Shown: positions 1-8,410 of the stretch, piece by piece
Layout: each line of letters begins with the position of its first letter
How positions within the stretch are numbered: position 1 is the stretch's first letter
NCBI GenBank assembly: GCA_041496385.1
Contig: JBGQEL010000066.1
Coordinates: 1 to 22,891 of the forward strand
Direction of reading: 5' to 3'
Length of the DNA stretch: 22,891 nucleotides
DNA from: Candidatus Methylomirabilia bacterium
GTDB lineage: Bacteria > Methylomirabilota > Methylomirabilia > Rokubacteriales > CSP1-6
Made by a program: the position numbers and the translations under genes
Notes under the pieces: generated by a model
What the model was told of the DNA's origin: nothing
What the model saw: the letters and a program-made list of their open reading frames with translations, nothing else
Databases searched by the model: none

Positions 1-1092
1 AACCGCGTCTTCAAGGACAAGCCTGGCGGGTTGGTGGTCGACTACCTGGGCCTTGCCGACGAGCTGCGGAAGGCGCTCGCCACTTACACGGAGAGTGGCG
101 GCACCGGCAAGACGGCGGTCGATCAGGCCGAGGCCGTTGCCGAGATGTTGCGCAGGTATGAGATCTGCATTGGCCTGTTCCATGGCTTCGACTGGTCGCG
201 CTGGACCGCTGGCAGGCCGCAAGACCGCCTTTCACTTCTGCCAGCGGCCCAGGAGCACATCCTGGCGCAGGACGACGGCAAGAACCGACTGCTCAGCACT
301 GTCACCGCGTTGTCACAGGCATTCGCGCTCGCGGTACCCCACGAAGAAGCGATGCGCATCCGCGACGACGTCGGCTTCTTCCAGGCCGTGCGATCCGTGC
401 TCGCCAAGAGCGCGGCCGGCGAGCAGAAGACCGACGAGGAGCTGGACCACGCCATCCGGCAGATCATCTCGAAGGCGGTCGTCTCGGACGAGGTCGTGGA
501 CATCTTCGCCGCGGCGGGGCTCAAGAAGCCAGACATCTCGATCCTTTCCGACGAGTTCCTGGCCGAGGTGCGCGGCATGCCGCAGAAGAACCTCGCGGTG
601 GAGCTGCTGCAGAAGCTCCTCGCGGGCGAGATCAAGACGCGCTTGAAGCGCTTCATGGTGCAGGCGCGCTCCTTCGCGGACATGCTCGAGCAGTCGCTCC
701 GCCGCTATCAGAACCGCGCCATCGAGACGGCCAAGGTCATCGAAGAGCTGATCCAGCTCGCGAAGGACATGCGGCAGGCCAGCCAGCGCGGCGAGGCCCT
801 CGGCCTCACCGACGACGAGGTGGCCTTCTACGACGCCCTCGAGACCAATGACAGCGCCGTCAAGGTGCTCGGCGACGAGGCCCTGCGCGCCATCGCCCGC
901 GAGCTGGTCGCGACCGTCCGCGCCAACGTCACCATCGACTGGACCGTCCGCGAGAACGTCCGCGCGCAGCTCCGCGTGCTGGTGAAGCGCATCCTCCGCA
1001 AGCACGGCTACCCGCCCGACAAGCAAGAGAAGGCGACGCAGACAGTACTGGAGCAGGCGGAGCTGCTGTCGGAGGGATGGGCGACTGCCTGA
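1..1092 (+). CDS. hsdR: Type I restriction-modification restriction subunit R, C-terminal part (DUF3387-like domain); 5'-truncated by the window edge
   Basis: The frame is open from base 1 ([17 protein letters not shown], the sequence that follows SF2 motif VI in HsdR). It contains [35 protein letters not shown] and [35 protein letters not shown], all typical of the HsdR C-terminus. TGA ends at 1092. Confidence 0.95.
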   Translation, partial: NRVFKDKPGGLVVDYLGLADELRKALATYTESGGTGKTAVDQAEAVAEMLRRYEICIGLFHGFDWSRWTAGRPQDRLSLLPAAQEHILAQDDGKNRLLSTVTALSQAFALAVPHEEAMRIRDDVGFFQAVRSVLAKSAAGEQKTDEELDHAIRQIISKAVVSDEVVDIFAAAGLKKPDISILSDEFLAEVRGMPQKNLAVELLQKLLAGEIKTRLKRFMVQARSFADMLEQSLRRYQNRAIETAKVIEELIQLAKDMRQASQRGEALGLTDDEVAFYDALETNDSAVKVLGDEALRAIARELVATVRANVTIDWTVRENVRAQLRVLVKRILRKHGYPPDKQEKATQTVLEQAELLSEGWATA

Positions 1093-1099
1093 CGGGAGC

Positions 1100-1130
1100 T
1101 TGACAGGGTCTCATGACGGCAGGCGATACT
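1100..1130 (+). promoter_or_regulatory. Possible sigma70-type promoter for the orphan ORF
   Basis: TTGACA at 1100-1105, a 19-nt spacer, then GATACT at 1125-1130. The spacer is longer than optimal. Confidence 0.35.
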
Positions 1131-1221
1131 GGCGGCACGACACGTTTCCCATCGAGGCTCTGCGCGCCGGAGTCGTGGACGAGGACGGGCGGGAGGATTC
1201 CGTGCGGCTGGAGGAAAGATA

Positions 1222-1512
1222 GTGGCAGCGGGGGTTCGGGCGGCGGTTTTGGCCTTCGTGCAATCGCGGTCCGAGGACTATCCGGTCCGTTGGGTGGATG
1301 AGCTGACGTCCAAAGGCGATTTCGACGGTCGGGAGTACGCGCTCGAGTTCTTCAGCGTGCCGGCTTCCGAACAATCTGCCTTGCGACGACGACTGCGCCC
1401 CGTGCGAAAGGAAGCGGAGGACATGCTCGGGCGGCCAATCGTTTTAGTCTTTCATACGCCCGAGGCGACGGCGAAGCACTACGAAGGGGTCGTGCGCCAG
1501 AACCTTCGTTGA
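1222..1512 (+). CDS. Small hypothetical protein (96 aa)
   Basis: GGAGG Shine-Dalgarno-like sequence shortly before a GTG start. The translation looks protein-like and fills the gap between hsdR and the convergent gene. No family recognised. Confidence 0.65.
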   Translation: MAAGVRAAVLAFVQSRSEDYPVRWVDELTSKGDFDGREYALEFFSVPASEQSALRRRLRPVRKEAEDMLGRPIVLVFHTPEATAKHYEGVVRQNLR

Positions 1513-1551
1513 TCATCGAACGCCTCCTTCTCCGGATCGCCGGTCGTCGCG

Positions 1552-2463
1552 TTACTTCGGCTCGAGCATGTGTCCCAGGGCCGCCTCCAGCTCCCGCCGG
1601 GTCGTCAGACCCTCGAAGCGGGCGTGGATGATCCCGTGTCCGTTTACGACGAAGATCCACGGCTCGGATCGCAGATTCCACGCCCGCACCGTGGGAGCGA
1701 ACGTTCCTGGGGAGTCCGCCTGCCAGATCTCCTGATGGATGAAGACGATTCGATCGCCGTACGTCGGGATCAGCGTCCGCACGACGTCCACGACGGGTCC
1801 GCAGACCCGGCTGGTGCAGAGCCTTGGACTCGCGAACACGATCACCTGCGGCTTGCCCTGCGCGATCGCATCCGCGATGCGAATCTGGTGCAACCGGGGA
1901 TCGGGCGGATCGCTCGAATCGATCCGGCGCAAATCGCTGACGTCACTGGCGACGGGGTTGCGGCTGCGCGGTGCAGGCGTACCTGGCATCGGCGCGTGGG
2001 CGACCGCGAGAGCGTCGACGGTCAGTCGCGCGGCCTCGATGGGGCCGTCACCCTGTTGCGCGAGGATCTCGAGGCCCCAGGAGCCGGGACGCCTGAACGT
2101 CACCTGCGCGACATAGACGCCCTGCACGTCGGTGGCGTCGCCGTGCAGATGCCGCGTACCGTCTGGATGGATGTGGACGTGGTTCCCCTGCTCGACGACC
2201 TCCAGCTTGTGGTAGCGGGCCGGCGCCACCTGGGTGAGCAGCGCCTGCTCGTCCCGGATCTCGTAGACCCGCACGACGACCTTGGCGTCGTCCAGGAGCT
2301 TGTGGTTCTTCAGGAGCCCGAAGGCGAACCGATTCTCGCCGACCGCCAGCTCCGAGGTCGTGATGAGCGGCTGCAGTGCTCCGTTCACCGGCGTGGGCGG
2401 GTCGGCCGCGGCGGCCGACCCGAAGAGCCCCACCGCGATGACCCCGACGGCCCAGAGCTTCAT
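1552..2463 (-). CDS. Secreted protein (303 aa) with a C-terminal thioredoxin-like domain (CxxxxC) and a His-rich loop
   Basis: ATG at 2463 overlaps the upstream stop (TGATG). Signal peptide MKLWAVGVIAVGLFGSAAAA. Thioredoxin-fold-like segments GKPQVIVFASPRLCTSRVCGPVVD and SEPWIFVVNGHGII. His-rich HVHIHPDGTRHLH. The ORF-track start at 2817 lies inside the upstream gene. Confidence 0.8.
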   Translation of the reverse strand: MKLWAVGVIAVGLFGSAAAADPPTPVNGALQPLITTSELAVGENRFAFGLLKNHKLLDDAKVVVRVYEIRDEQALLTQVAPARYHKLEVVEQGNHVHIHPDGTRHLHGDATDVQGVYVAQVTFRRPGSWGLEILAQQGDGPIEAARLTVDALAVAHAPMPGTPAPRSRNPVASDVSDLRRIDSSDPPDPRLHQIRIADAIAQGKPQVIVFASPRLCTSRVCGPVVDVVRTLIPTYGDRIVFIHQEIWQADSPGTFAPTVRAWNLRSEPWIFVVNGHGIIHARFEGLTTRRELEAALGHMLEPK

Positions 2464-4529
2464 CACTCCACGATGACTTGTCCGTACATCCAGGGGTGGG
2501 GAAGACAGATGTAGTAGTAGTTGCCCGGCTGCGTGAAGGTGATCGCCTTCGAGCCATTCTTGGCGAGGGCGCCGGTGTCCCACGCGTTCTTTTCCATCCC
2601 GGTGGCGGTGTGCGGCAGATCGCCGACGTTGGTGAACGTCACCGTGGTCCCCGCCTTGATCCGAACGCGGGACGGCGCGTAGCTGTACTCCACATTGCCG
2701 GCGCCCATCCTGATCGTGTCGACCCCGCTCGCGATCGGTCCAACGGGCCCGGCCACGGTCGCGGGCGGCGGAGGCGGCCACAGCGGGCTCAACTGCCCCT
2801 TCAGGGAGAAGGCCCACACCGCGTCACCGGAGGCGCTGCCCTGCAGCTGGTTGCCACCCGTCGCGATGACGACGTATTCCTCGCCGTCCACCTCGTAGAT
2901 GACGGGGGGCGCGTCTGCGCCGAAGCCGGTCTGGAACCGCCAGAGCTCCTTGCCCGTCCTGGCGTCGAGCGCCAGGAAGTTGCCATCGGGCTCGCCGCGG
3001 AAGACGAGGCCGCCGGCGGTCACGGTCGAGCCACCGCCGCCACCGATGCGGTACGGCGTCGTGTGCTGCCAGACGATCTTGTTCGTCTTGCCGTCGATCG
3101 CGGTGAACGTCCCACTCATCGGTGAGCCGATCGGCGCCGCCTGCGTACCACCGAAGTAGCGTAGCCCGCGCACGAACGTGTCGCCGTATCGCGTGAAGGC
3201 GCTGGTGCGCACCGTGCCCGGCACGTAGAAATAGCCCGTGTCCGGACTGTACGGCACCGGCGACCAGTTCGTGCCACCGACCCCCGACGGCTGCATGAGC
3301 ACCGGGGTTTCCCAGAAGGTCTCGAAGATACAGCCGGCCTTCTCATAGCCGGGCAGCAGCTCGGCGCACTGGGGCACGGTCGCGTCGCCGAGCGGGAACG
3401 GCTGCGTCTTGGCGGTCTTCTGCCGCGGGTCCTGCGGCACCGCGCGCTCTTCGATGCCGATCAAGGGCTTGCCGTTCGTGCGATCCAGGATGTACACCCA
3501 GCCCGTGCGGCCGGCCTCGGCGATCCCCTTGCGGGGCTGGCCATCGATCACCGTGTCGAAGAGGACCACCGGGCTCGCCGCGTCGTAGTCCCAGATGTCG
3601 TGGTGCACCTGCTGGAAGTGCCACACGTACTCGCCGGTCTTGGCCTTGAGGGCGATCATCGAGGCGCAGAACAGGTTGTCCCCCTCGCGCATCGCCCCGT
3701 CGTAGTCCGGCCCGCAGTTGCCGGCGACGAAGTAGACGAGCCCGAGCTGCGGATCGAGGGCCGGCGTGTTCCAGATCGTCGCCCCGCCGCGCATCGAATG
3801 GTCGGTGCCGGCCGGCCAGGTGTCGCTGCCGAACTCGCCGGGACCCGGCAGCGTGAACCACCGCCACCGGATCTCGCCGGTCTTCGCGTCCAGGGCGGTC
3901 AGGCGACCGCGCACGCCGAACTCGCCGCCGGCGATGCCCGTGTAGACCATGCCGTCGTAGTAGAGCGGCGCGCTGGTGATGGTGTAGCCGTTTTCCCACT
4001 TCTCGAGGGGCGTCTTCCACGCCACCTTGCCCGTCTTCATGTCCAGGGCCACGACGTTGGCGTCGAGCTGGCCGAAGAACAGCAGCCCCTCGCCCATGGC
4101 GAGCCCGCGGTTGACCCAGCCACAGCACGCGGTGGAGATCTTCTGGTCGATGCCCGACCAGTATTCCCAGAGGATCACGCCGGTCTTCGCATTCAGCGCG
4201 AAGACGTCGTCGTTGCCCGTGATGACGTACATGATGCCGTCCTTGACGAGCGGCGATGCCTCGAAGGAGTACTTGCCGCCAAGGCCGGAGCCTTTGAGGC
4301 GCGTCATCCAGACGCCTTTGAGCTGATGGGCGTTCGTCGTGTCGATCTGCTTCAGCGTGGAATAGCGTTGGTTGGTGAGGTTGCCGCCGTTCGTGACCCA
4401 GTCCTTGCCGACCGGACTCTGGAGCAAGCGGTCGATCTCCGGATCGGCAGCCCGGACTGGCGTCGCCACCATGGAGAACACGCCCAGAGTCATCAACAGC
4501 CGGAGCCAGCGTTGACCGTGACGCCGCAT
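2463..4529 (-). CDS. PQQ-dependent dehydrogenase (methanol/ethanol-family beta-propeller) fused to a C-terminal cupredoxin (amicyanin/plastocyanin-like) domain
   Basis: GAGGAGG RBS and Sec-type signal peptide. PQQ-DH motifs NQRYSTLKQI, vicinal CCGWVNRG, GGEFGVRG, HHDIWDYD and repeated ALDAKTG...W. A Pro-rich linker precedes the type-1 Cu ligands PHT...CLPHPWM. Confidence 0.92.
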   Translation of the reverse strand: MRRHGQRWLRLLMTLGVFSMVATPVRAADPEIDRLLQSPVGKDWVTNGGNLTNQRYSTLKQIDTTNAHQLKGVWMTRLKGSGLGGKYSFEASPLVKDGIMYVITGNDDVFALNAKTGVILWEYWSGIDQKISTACCGWVNRGLAMGEGLLFFGQLDANVVALDMKTGKVAWKTPLEKWENGYTITSAPLYYDGMVYTGIAGGEFGVRGRLTALDAKTGEIRWRWFTLPGPGEFGSDTWPAGTDHSMRGGATIWNTPALDPQLGLVYFVAGNCGPDYDGAMREGDNLFCASMIALKAKTGEYVWHFQQVHHDIWDYDAASPVVLFDTVIDGQPRKGIAEAGRTGWVYILDRTNGKPLIGIEERAVPQDPRQKTAKTQPFPLGDATVPQCAELLPGYEKAGCIFETFWETPVLMQPSGVGGTNWSPVPYSPDTGYFYVPGTVRTSAFTRYGDTFVRGLRYFGGTQAAPIGSPMSGTFTAIDGKTNKIVWQHTTPYRIGGGGGSTVTAGGLVFRGEPDGNFLALDARTGKELWRFQTGFGADAPPVIYEVDGEEYVVIATGGNQLQGSASGDAVWAFSLKGQLSPLWPPPPPATVAGPVGPIASGVDTIRMGAGNVEYSYAPSRVRIKAGTTVTFTNVGDLPHTATGMEKNAWDTGALAKNGSKAITFTQPGNYYYICLPHPWMYGQVIVE

Positions 4530-4575
4530 GTGGTCGCCTCCTCGTCAGTCGGGTCGGGTTGCCACGCGAGTCGTC

Positions 4576-4616
4576 CGATGCGCGCGACGATCTGCCTAAC
4601 GGGGCGTCGTGTCAAG
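4576..4616 (-). promoter_or_regulatory. Putative promoter of the PQQ-DH operon; motif shared with 11179-11219
   Basis: Minus strand reads TTGACA-N17-GATCGT-CGCGCGCATCG, upstream of the RBS. Confidence 0.5.
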
Positions 4617-4653
4617 TGGCTTTCGCGCATGCGGAGGAGGGTATACTCCGACC

Positions 4654-5175
4654 ATGACCGACGAGCAAAAACGCATCCGCGGCTATCTGGAAGCTCAGGG
4701 CGCGAAGCTCTCCCCGGCTCAGATCGTCGAGAAAGTCCGCGAGGCGATGGGCCGCTTGCGCGCGGCGGCCGCGGCCGTGCCGCCGGCGCGCTTCGGGGAG
4801 TCGCCGGCGCCGGGCGAGTGGAGCGCCAACGAGGTGATGGCCCACGTCGTGGACGCCGGTCGGCACTTCGGCGAGGGCATCGTGCGCGCCATCGACGGCC
4901 TGCCGCCGGGCGAGCGGCGGCACGACGCCGAGCGGCCGGCCGCGGCGAGCCACACCGGGCCGGAGTGGCTCGCGATGCTCGATCGGGACCGCGAGGCGCT
5001 CTTCGACCGCGCGCTGCGCGCCGACCCGGTCGCGCGGGCTGAGCGAAGCATCTCCCACGGCATGTTCGGCATGCTGAGCTGGCGCGAGACCCTGCTATTT
5101 ATTCGTGTCCACGACCTCGACCACGCGGGCCAGCTCGAGAAGATCGCGGCGACCCTTCCCCCGACCGCGCGCTGA
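4654..5175 (+). CDS. DinB/DinB_2 superfamily protein
   Basis: GEWSANEVMAHV, HGMFGMLSWRE and HDLDHAGQL match the DinB His pattern. Start placed at ATG 4654, 6 nt after TATACT (4642-4647). Its stop overlaps the next ATG. Confidence 0.85.
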   Translation: MTDEQKRIRGYLEAQGAKLSPAQIVEKVREAMGRLRAAAAAVPPARFGESPAPGEWSANEVMAHVVDAGRHFGEGIVRAIDGLPPGERRHDAERPAAASHTGPEWLAMLDRDREALFDRALRADPVARAERSISHGMFGMLSWRETLLFIRVHDLDHAGQLEKIAATLPPTAR

Positions 5176-6206
5176 TGCGGGTCGCGATCTCGCTGCGCCT
5201 CGCCAACGACGACTGGGCGCGGGCGAGCGCGTGGGTGGTCGAGGCCGAGCGGCTCGGCGCCGACTGCGTCTGGTCGGCTGAGGCGTGGGGCCACGACGCG
5301 GTCACGCCGCTGGCGTTTCTCGCCGCGCAGACGTCGCGGATCAAGCTCGGCTCCGGGATCATGCAGGCGGGCACGCGCACGCCGGCGCTCGTCGCGATGA
5401 CGGCCATGAGCCTGGCGTCGATGTCGGGCGGGCGCTTCCGGCTCGGGCTCGGCGTGAGCGGACCGCAAGTGATCGAGGGCTGGCACGGCGTCCGCTTCGA
5501 TCACCCGGTACAGCGCATGCGCGAGACGGTGGAGATCGTCCGCCGCGCCGTTCGGGGCGAGCGCGTGGAGTACGCGGGGTCGGTCTACACGCTGCCGCTG
5601 CCGGGCGGCGAGGGCAAGGCGCTTCGCTCCGCGGCGAAGCCCCAACCCGACATTCCGATCTATCTCGCGACGCTGTCGCCCAAGAGCCTCGAGATGACGG
5701 GCGAGATCGCCGACGGCTGGCTCGGCACCTCGTTCATGCCCGACCACGCGCGCGTCTTCTTCGACCACATCGCCGCCGGCGCCGCGCGCGCCGGACGCGC
5801 GCTCGGAGCTCTCGACCTCCAGGCGGGTGGGGCGGTGGCGTTCGGCGATGACCTCGAGCGGCTGATCGCCGCCCGCAAGCCCGGGTTGGCGTTCTCGCTC
5901 GGCGCCATGGGCTCGCGCCGGTACAATTTCTACAACGACGCGTACAAGCGCGCCGGCTACGCGGACGCGGCCACGGAAGTCCAGCGCCTCTGGCTCGACG
6001 GCAAGCGCGAGGAGGCCGCGGCGCGCGTGCCGGACGACCTGGTGCTCAAGGCGAATCTCCTCGGCACGGAGGCGATGATCCGCGAGCGGCTGAAGGTCTA
6101 TCGCGCCGCGGGCGTCACGACGCTCAGGGTCGAGCCGGCCGCCGATGACCTCGAGACGCGCGTGGCGACGCTCGGCCGCCTGATGGATCTGCTCCGCGCG
6201 CTCTGA
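5175..6206 (+). CDS. Luciferase-like monooxygenase (LLM) family oxidoreductase, probable F420-dependent Rv3520c-like type
   Basis: WSAEAWGHDA, RTPALVAMTAMSL, GRFRLGLGVSGPQVIEGWHG and IYLATLSPKSLEMTGEIADGW. Confidence 0.9.
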   Translation: MRVAISLRLANDDWARASAWVVEAERLGADCVWSAEAWGHDAVTPLAFLAAQTSRIKLGSGIMQAGTRTPALVAMTAMSLASMSGGRFRLGLGVSGPQVIEGWHGVRFDHPVQRMRETVEIVRRAVRGERVEYAGSVYTLPLPGGEGKALRSAAKPQPDIPIYLATLSPKSLEMTGEIADGWLGTSFMPDHARVFFDHIAAGAARAGRALGALDLQAGGAVAFGDDLERLIAARKPGLAFSLGAMGSRRYNFYNDAYKRAGYADAATEVQRLWLDGKREEAAARVPDDLVLKANLLGTEAMIRERLKVYRAAGVTTLRVEPAADDLETRVATLGRLMDLLRAL

Positions 6207-6212
6207 CGTGTT

Positions 6213-6845
6213 TCACGCCGCGGCCGTTGCCGGGAGCGCCACCGCGTGGTCCGACGCCGGCTCCGCCAGCCGGCGCAGGAAGCAGCGGACGTCGCCGAGG
6301 TGCTCGTAGCGCTCGACGTGAGCGCTCCAGCGCGCCTCCTCCGGATCGAGCCCGAGCCAGCGGAGTGCCGCCTCGGTGACGAGGAGATAGGCCCGCTCCC
6401 GCGTCACGCCGTTCTTCAGCAGGCGGTGCGCCAGGATGACGTCGACGCCCGCCACCTGGCCCCGGCCGCCGACCATCTGGCGCAGGAAGCGGCCGTGGTG
6501 GACGACGATCTTCAGATCCAGGCTGGCGGCGCCGCGGCAGGCGCCGCAGGCGCACGAATCGTCGGCGTCCATCTCCCGCTGAAGGGCCTTGAAGGCGGCG
6601 AACGCCTCGTCCAGGACGTCGAGCAGCCGCGCCGGGGGCGCGACCGCGCCGTCGGGGCCGAGGGCGAAGACGGCGTCGCCCTCCACCTCCTGGATTTCCA
6701 GGGGTGGCGACAGCCGGCGCATGACCGATTCCAGCAGCGCGGCGATGATCTGCGACCCGTGCTCCAGCTCGGTCGCGGTGACGAACGCGGTGTACCCGGA
6801 GATGTCGGCCAGCACCAGAGCCCCGTCTTGCGTGTAGGTCTTCAT
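6213..6845 (-). CDS. DUF2652-like protein (class III nucleotidyl cyclase-like fold), 210 aa
   Basis: ATG at 6845. Motifs LADISGYTAF, EVEGDAVF, CACGAC, LDLKIVVHHG and GVDVILAHRLLKN. The longer ORF-track call (to 8117) is a shadow extension. Confidence 0.85.
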   Translation of the reverse strand: MKTYTQDGALVLADISGYTAFVTATELEHGSQIIAALLESVMRRLSPPLEIQEVEGDAVFALGPDGAVAPPARLLDVLDEAFAAFKALQREMDADDSCACGACRGAASLDLKIVVHHGRFLRQMVGGRGQVAGVDVILAHRLLKNGVTRERAYLLVTEAALRWLGLDPEEARWSAHVERYEHLGDVRCFLRRLAEPASDHAVALPATAAA

Positions 6846-6889
6846 GCCCTTGAGACACCGGAGCGGGCCCCGCGTGAAAGAGGCCGGTC

Positions 6890-8410
6890 TCAGCCCCCGA
6901 CGTAGCGGCTGACGTGGTACGGCACGTGCGCCAGCCCCGGGCAGAAGGTCCCGACCACGGTCGCCAGCCGCGCGCAGAGCGCCTTCGTCGGCGCCGTCGC
7001 CCGGGCCAGCCGCGCGCGCGCGGCCTCGGCCTGGCGCGCGAGCGCTGCCATGTCGACGGTCGTCACGCGGCGGCCCTCGACGACCATGCGCCCGCCGATC
7101 ATCACGCTCTCCACGGCGCCGCCGTCCTCGGTGTGCACCAGCTGGTTGGTCGGGTCGTTGCAGGGCACCCAGTTCACGTGGCCGAGGTCGAGGAAGACGA
7201 TGTCGGCCTTGTAGCCCGCGGCCAGCCGGCCGATCGTGCCGCCGAGGCCGAGCGCGCGGGCGCTGCCCTCGGTGGCCGCGAGCGCGACCTCGTCCGTGGT
7301 GACCCAGCGCTCGATGTCGGGCGTCTGGGCCTTGGAGGCGAACGAGGCCAGGCGCATGGCCTCGTACATGTTGAGGTTGTCCGAGCAGTTGGCGCCGTCG
7401 GTGCCGACGCCGACGTTGACCCGGCGCTCGAGCATACCGCGCATGTCCGCGAGCCCGTTGCCGAGGCGCATGTTGCTGCCGGGATTGTGGGCGACCGAGG
7501 CGCCGTGGTCGCCGAGCCGCTTCATGTCGTCGCCGTCGAGCCAGACGCCGTGCGCCACGGTGAAGTGCGGACCGAGCGCGCCGAGGTCGTCCAGGTGCGC
7601 GGTCAGCGTCTTGCCGTAGCGCTGGAGGCCGACGATCGCCTGCACCTTGGATTCGGCGACGTGGCTGTGCAACCCGACGCCGTGCTCGACCGCCAGCTCG
7701 GCGCAGGCGCGGATGAAGGCGTCGGAGCAGTGATGGGGGATGGTCGGCGCGACGCCGAGCCGCACGTGCCGGCGATCGAGCGTCCAGCCACGCAGCGCCT
7801 TCCGCATGTTCGCGACGCTCGTCTTCCACGGTGCCAGGCGCAGCGCGTCCACGTCCTTCTGGAGCGCGGGCGTGAGTACCTCGCGGAGGCCCGGGATCGC
7901 CTCGAAGAACGTTCGGTCGGCGACCATCGGCGCCAGGACCGCGCGCAGGCCGACGTCCGCGTAGGCGCGGCCCACGGCCTCGAGGCCCTCCAGCGTCGGC
8001 ACCGGCCACTCGAACGGCAGGTCGTAGCACGCGGTGCAGCCCTTGAGGGCCATCTCGACCGCGCCGAGCTTGGCGCTCAGGTACCTGTCCTCCAGCGAGC
8101 GCCCGCCGTTGATCCACGGGCCCGCCGTGAGCAGCAGCTCGAGCGTCCAGCGGTCGCCCATGCCCTTGGCGAGATTGCCGTGCGCGTGCGTGTGCGCGTT
8201 GATCAGCCCCGGATGCAGGAGCTTGCCGCGCGCGTCCACGACCCGGGCGCCGGCGGGCGCCCGGAGTCCGGGCGCGCCGATCTCCACGATGGTGTCGCCC
8301 TTGATGAGAATGTCGGCGGGCGCGGCGCGATGGGCTCGCGCGTCGAGCACGCGCCCGCCCCGGACGACGGTGTGCGCGGCCCGTGGCGCCTTCACGATCC
8401 TGGCCTTCAT
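6890..8410 (-). CDS. Metal-dependent amidohydrolase/deaminase (TRZ/ATZ, SsnA, MTA/SAH-deaminase-like)
   Basis: PGLINAHTHAH (HxH), HSHVAES, AHGVW, HNPGSN, GTDG and GYKADIVFLD. ATG at 8410 overlaps the ATPase stop (ATGA). Confidence 0.92.
   Translation of the reverse strand: MKARIVKAPRAAHTVVRGGRVLDARAHRAAPADILIKGDTIVEIGAPGLRAPAGARVVDARGKLLHPGLINAHTHAHGNLAKGMGDRWTLELLLTAGPWINGGRSLEDRYLSAKLGAVEMALKGCTACYDLPFEWPVPTLEGLEAVGRAYADVGLRAVLAPMVADRTFFEAIPGLREVLTPALQKDVDALRLAPWKTSVANMRKALRGWTLDRRHVRLGVAPTIPHHCSDAFIRACAELAVEHGVGLHSHVAESKVQAIVGLQRYGKTLTAHLDDLGALGPHFTVAHGVWLDGDDMKRLGDHGASVAHNPGSNMRLGNGLADMRGMLERRVNVGVGTDGANCSDNLNMYEAMRLASFASKAQTPDIERWVTTDEVALAATEGSARALGLGGTIGRLAAGYKADIVFLDLGHVNWVPCNDPTNQLVHTEDGGAVESVMIGGRMVVEGRRVTTVDMAALARQAEAARARLARATAPTKALCARLATVVGTFCPGLAHVPYHVSRYVGG

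Noticed and set aside
1111..1374. Minus-strand ORF starting (L)FGSRHA, superficially like a nucleotidyltransferase FGS motif
   Set aside because: No following DxD, and it is antisense to the better-supported SD-bearing plus-strand ORF.
2463..4529. Assigning xoxF, mxaF, exaA or pedH as the gene symbol
   Set aside because: Family motifs are present, but the sequence and domain architecture diverge from those enzymes and the substrate cannot be inferred.
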